DNA of 63,149 nt, filler included, from Octopus bimaculoides (Eukaryota), in the NCBI RefSeq assembly GCF_001194135.2. It is 6 parts of 5 records of this genome, joined end to end, with 100 filler letters (N's around TTAATTAATTAA, not from the genome) between each part and the next. Parts side by side here need not be neighbours in the genome. Positions count along the whole stretch, not along the records: positions 60,215 to 63,149 come from NC_068981.1; 5 more parts are not named here. One strand, 5' to 3'. Shown piece after piece: positions 62,341 to 63,149 of the stretch. Position 1 is the first letter of the stretch, and each line of letters starts with the position of its first letter. Both the position numbers and the translations under genes were made by a program. Under the pieces are notes generated by a model, which worked only from the letters and a program-made list of their open reading frames with translations, did not search any database and was not told the DNA's origin.

Positions 62341-63149
62341 TGTTTCATTACTTCCCTGTTTTGGTAATTCTATACGTGCCAGAGACTGCGAGCTACGAGG
62401 ACACCCCTGAGTACCCCTGAGGTATGTACGACAATGATTGTTGAGAATGTAGAATTGTATTAGTAGACCACATCAGGGATTGAGTTGAGGCTACCGTTTG
62501 TCGTATTTTCTAACCACTCGTTTAATTGACCCAGTCAATTGGATTGGTTTCCTGGCATCTAGAATTATTGTCTGACACTCAGTTCTCTAATTAGTCACGA
62601 AATGCAGTCAGCAATCCATGAAGCCTTGCATTTTATAAAGAATTTGTGGGAGACAAGAGTGTTGATGATATTTCCAGTGTTCAATATAGATCTTCTAGAG
62701 AACACTTTCCAGAAGCTTAGCGGATAAAGTAAAAGATTAGCCGTAGTAGAAAATGTCTTGCGATATTTAGAAACGTGCCTTAATATTTTGAGCTCAATTC
62801 TGACTGTTTTTTTTTGTGCTTCCAGCGGGGATGAAATAACAACCAGTCATTAACTGGAGTCGAAACAATCGATTCTACGTTGGAAATCAATATTTTAAGA
62901 AACATAAAGGATGGAAACTTCTCAACTGTTGGGACTAAGTGTTCATGATATTACACCGAAGTCTATTCAACTGATAAAAGGAATAAATTTATATTGAACA
63001 CTGGAAATATCGATTACAGCCAATCAATAGTTTACTATGACCATCTGATGTCTAACATTCATTTGAGACTTCACCGGAAAGGATAAACTAGCGGCGGTGG
63101 GTGGGTGGGTGGACAGAAGGTTTTCACCTGGAAAGTTAACACTAACAAC

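Overview
AT-rich, microsatellite- and retroelement-dense eukaryotic DNA. The SINE/LINE families and composition suggest a coleoid cephalopod, probably Octopus (inference, not verified). Five identical 100-bp linkers (44 N + TTAATTAATTAA + 44 N) split the window into six probably independent scaffolds: 1-26472, 26573-41088, 41189-50612, 50713-54235, 54336-60114 and 60215-63149. Adjacency across them should not be trusted. Three host genes are supported: (1) the first three coding exons of a minus-strand UPF0047/YjbQ-family gene, including 35-nt and 20-nt micro-exons missed by the ORF track; (2) a minus-strand hnRNP K-like gene whose 359-aa CDS lies in one exon, has KH1 and KH2 but no visible KH3, and ends in a G/N/M/Q-rich prion-like tail; (3) the last four coding exons of RBM28 (plus strand). 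One orphan frame-symmetric exon candidate lies at 49818-50021. The rest is RTE and R4/Dong-like LINE remnants, tRNA-SINEs, a DD37D (maT) transposon remnant, two related LTRs, a Penelope-like RT remnant, MITEs and long hairpins. Most notable: the KH3-less hnRNP K paralog, a palindromic element carrying two inverted minimal hammerhead ribozyme folds (7865-8041), and a covarying terminal hairpin in two diverged LTRs. Most TE boundaries are approximate.
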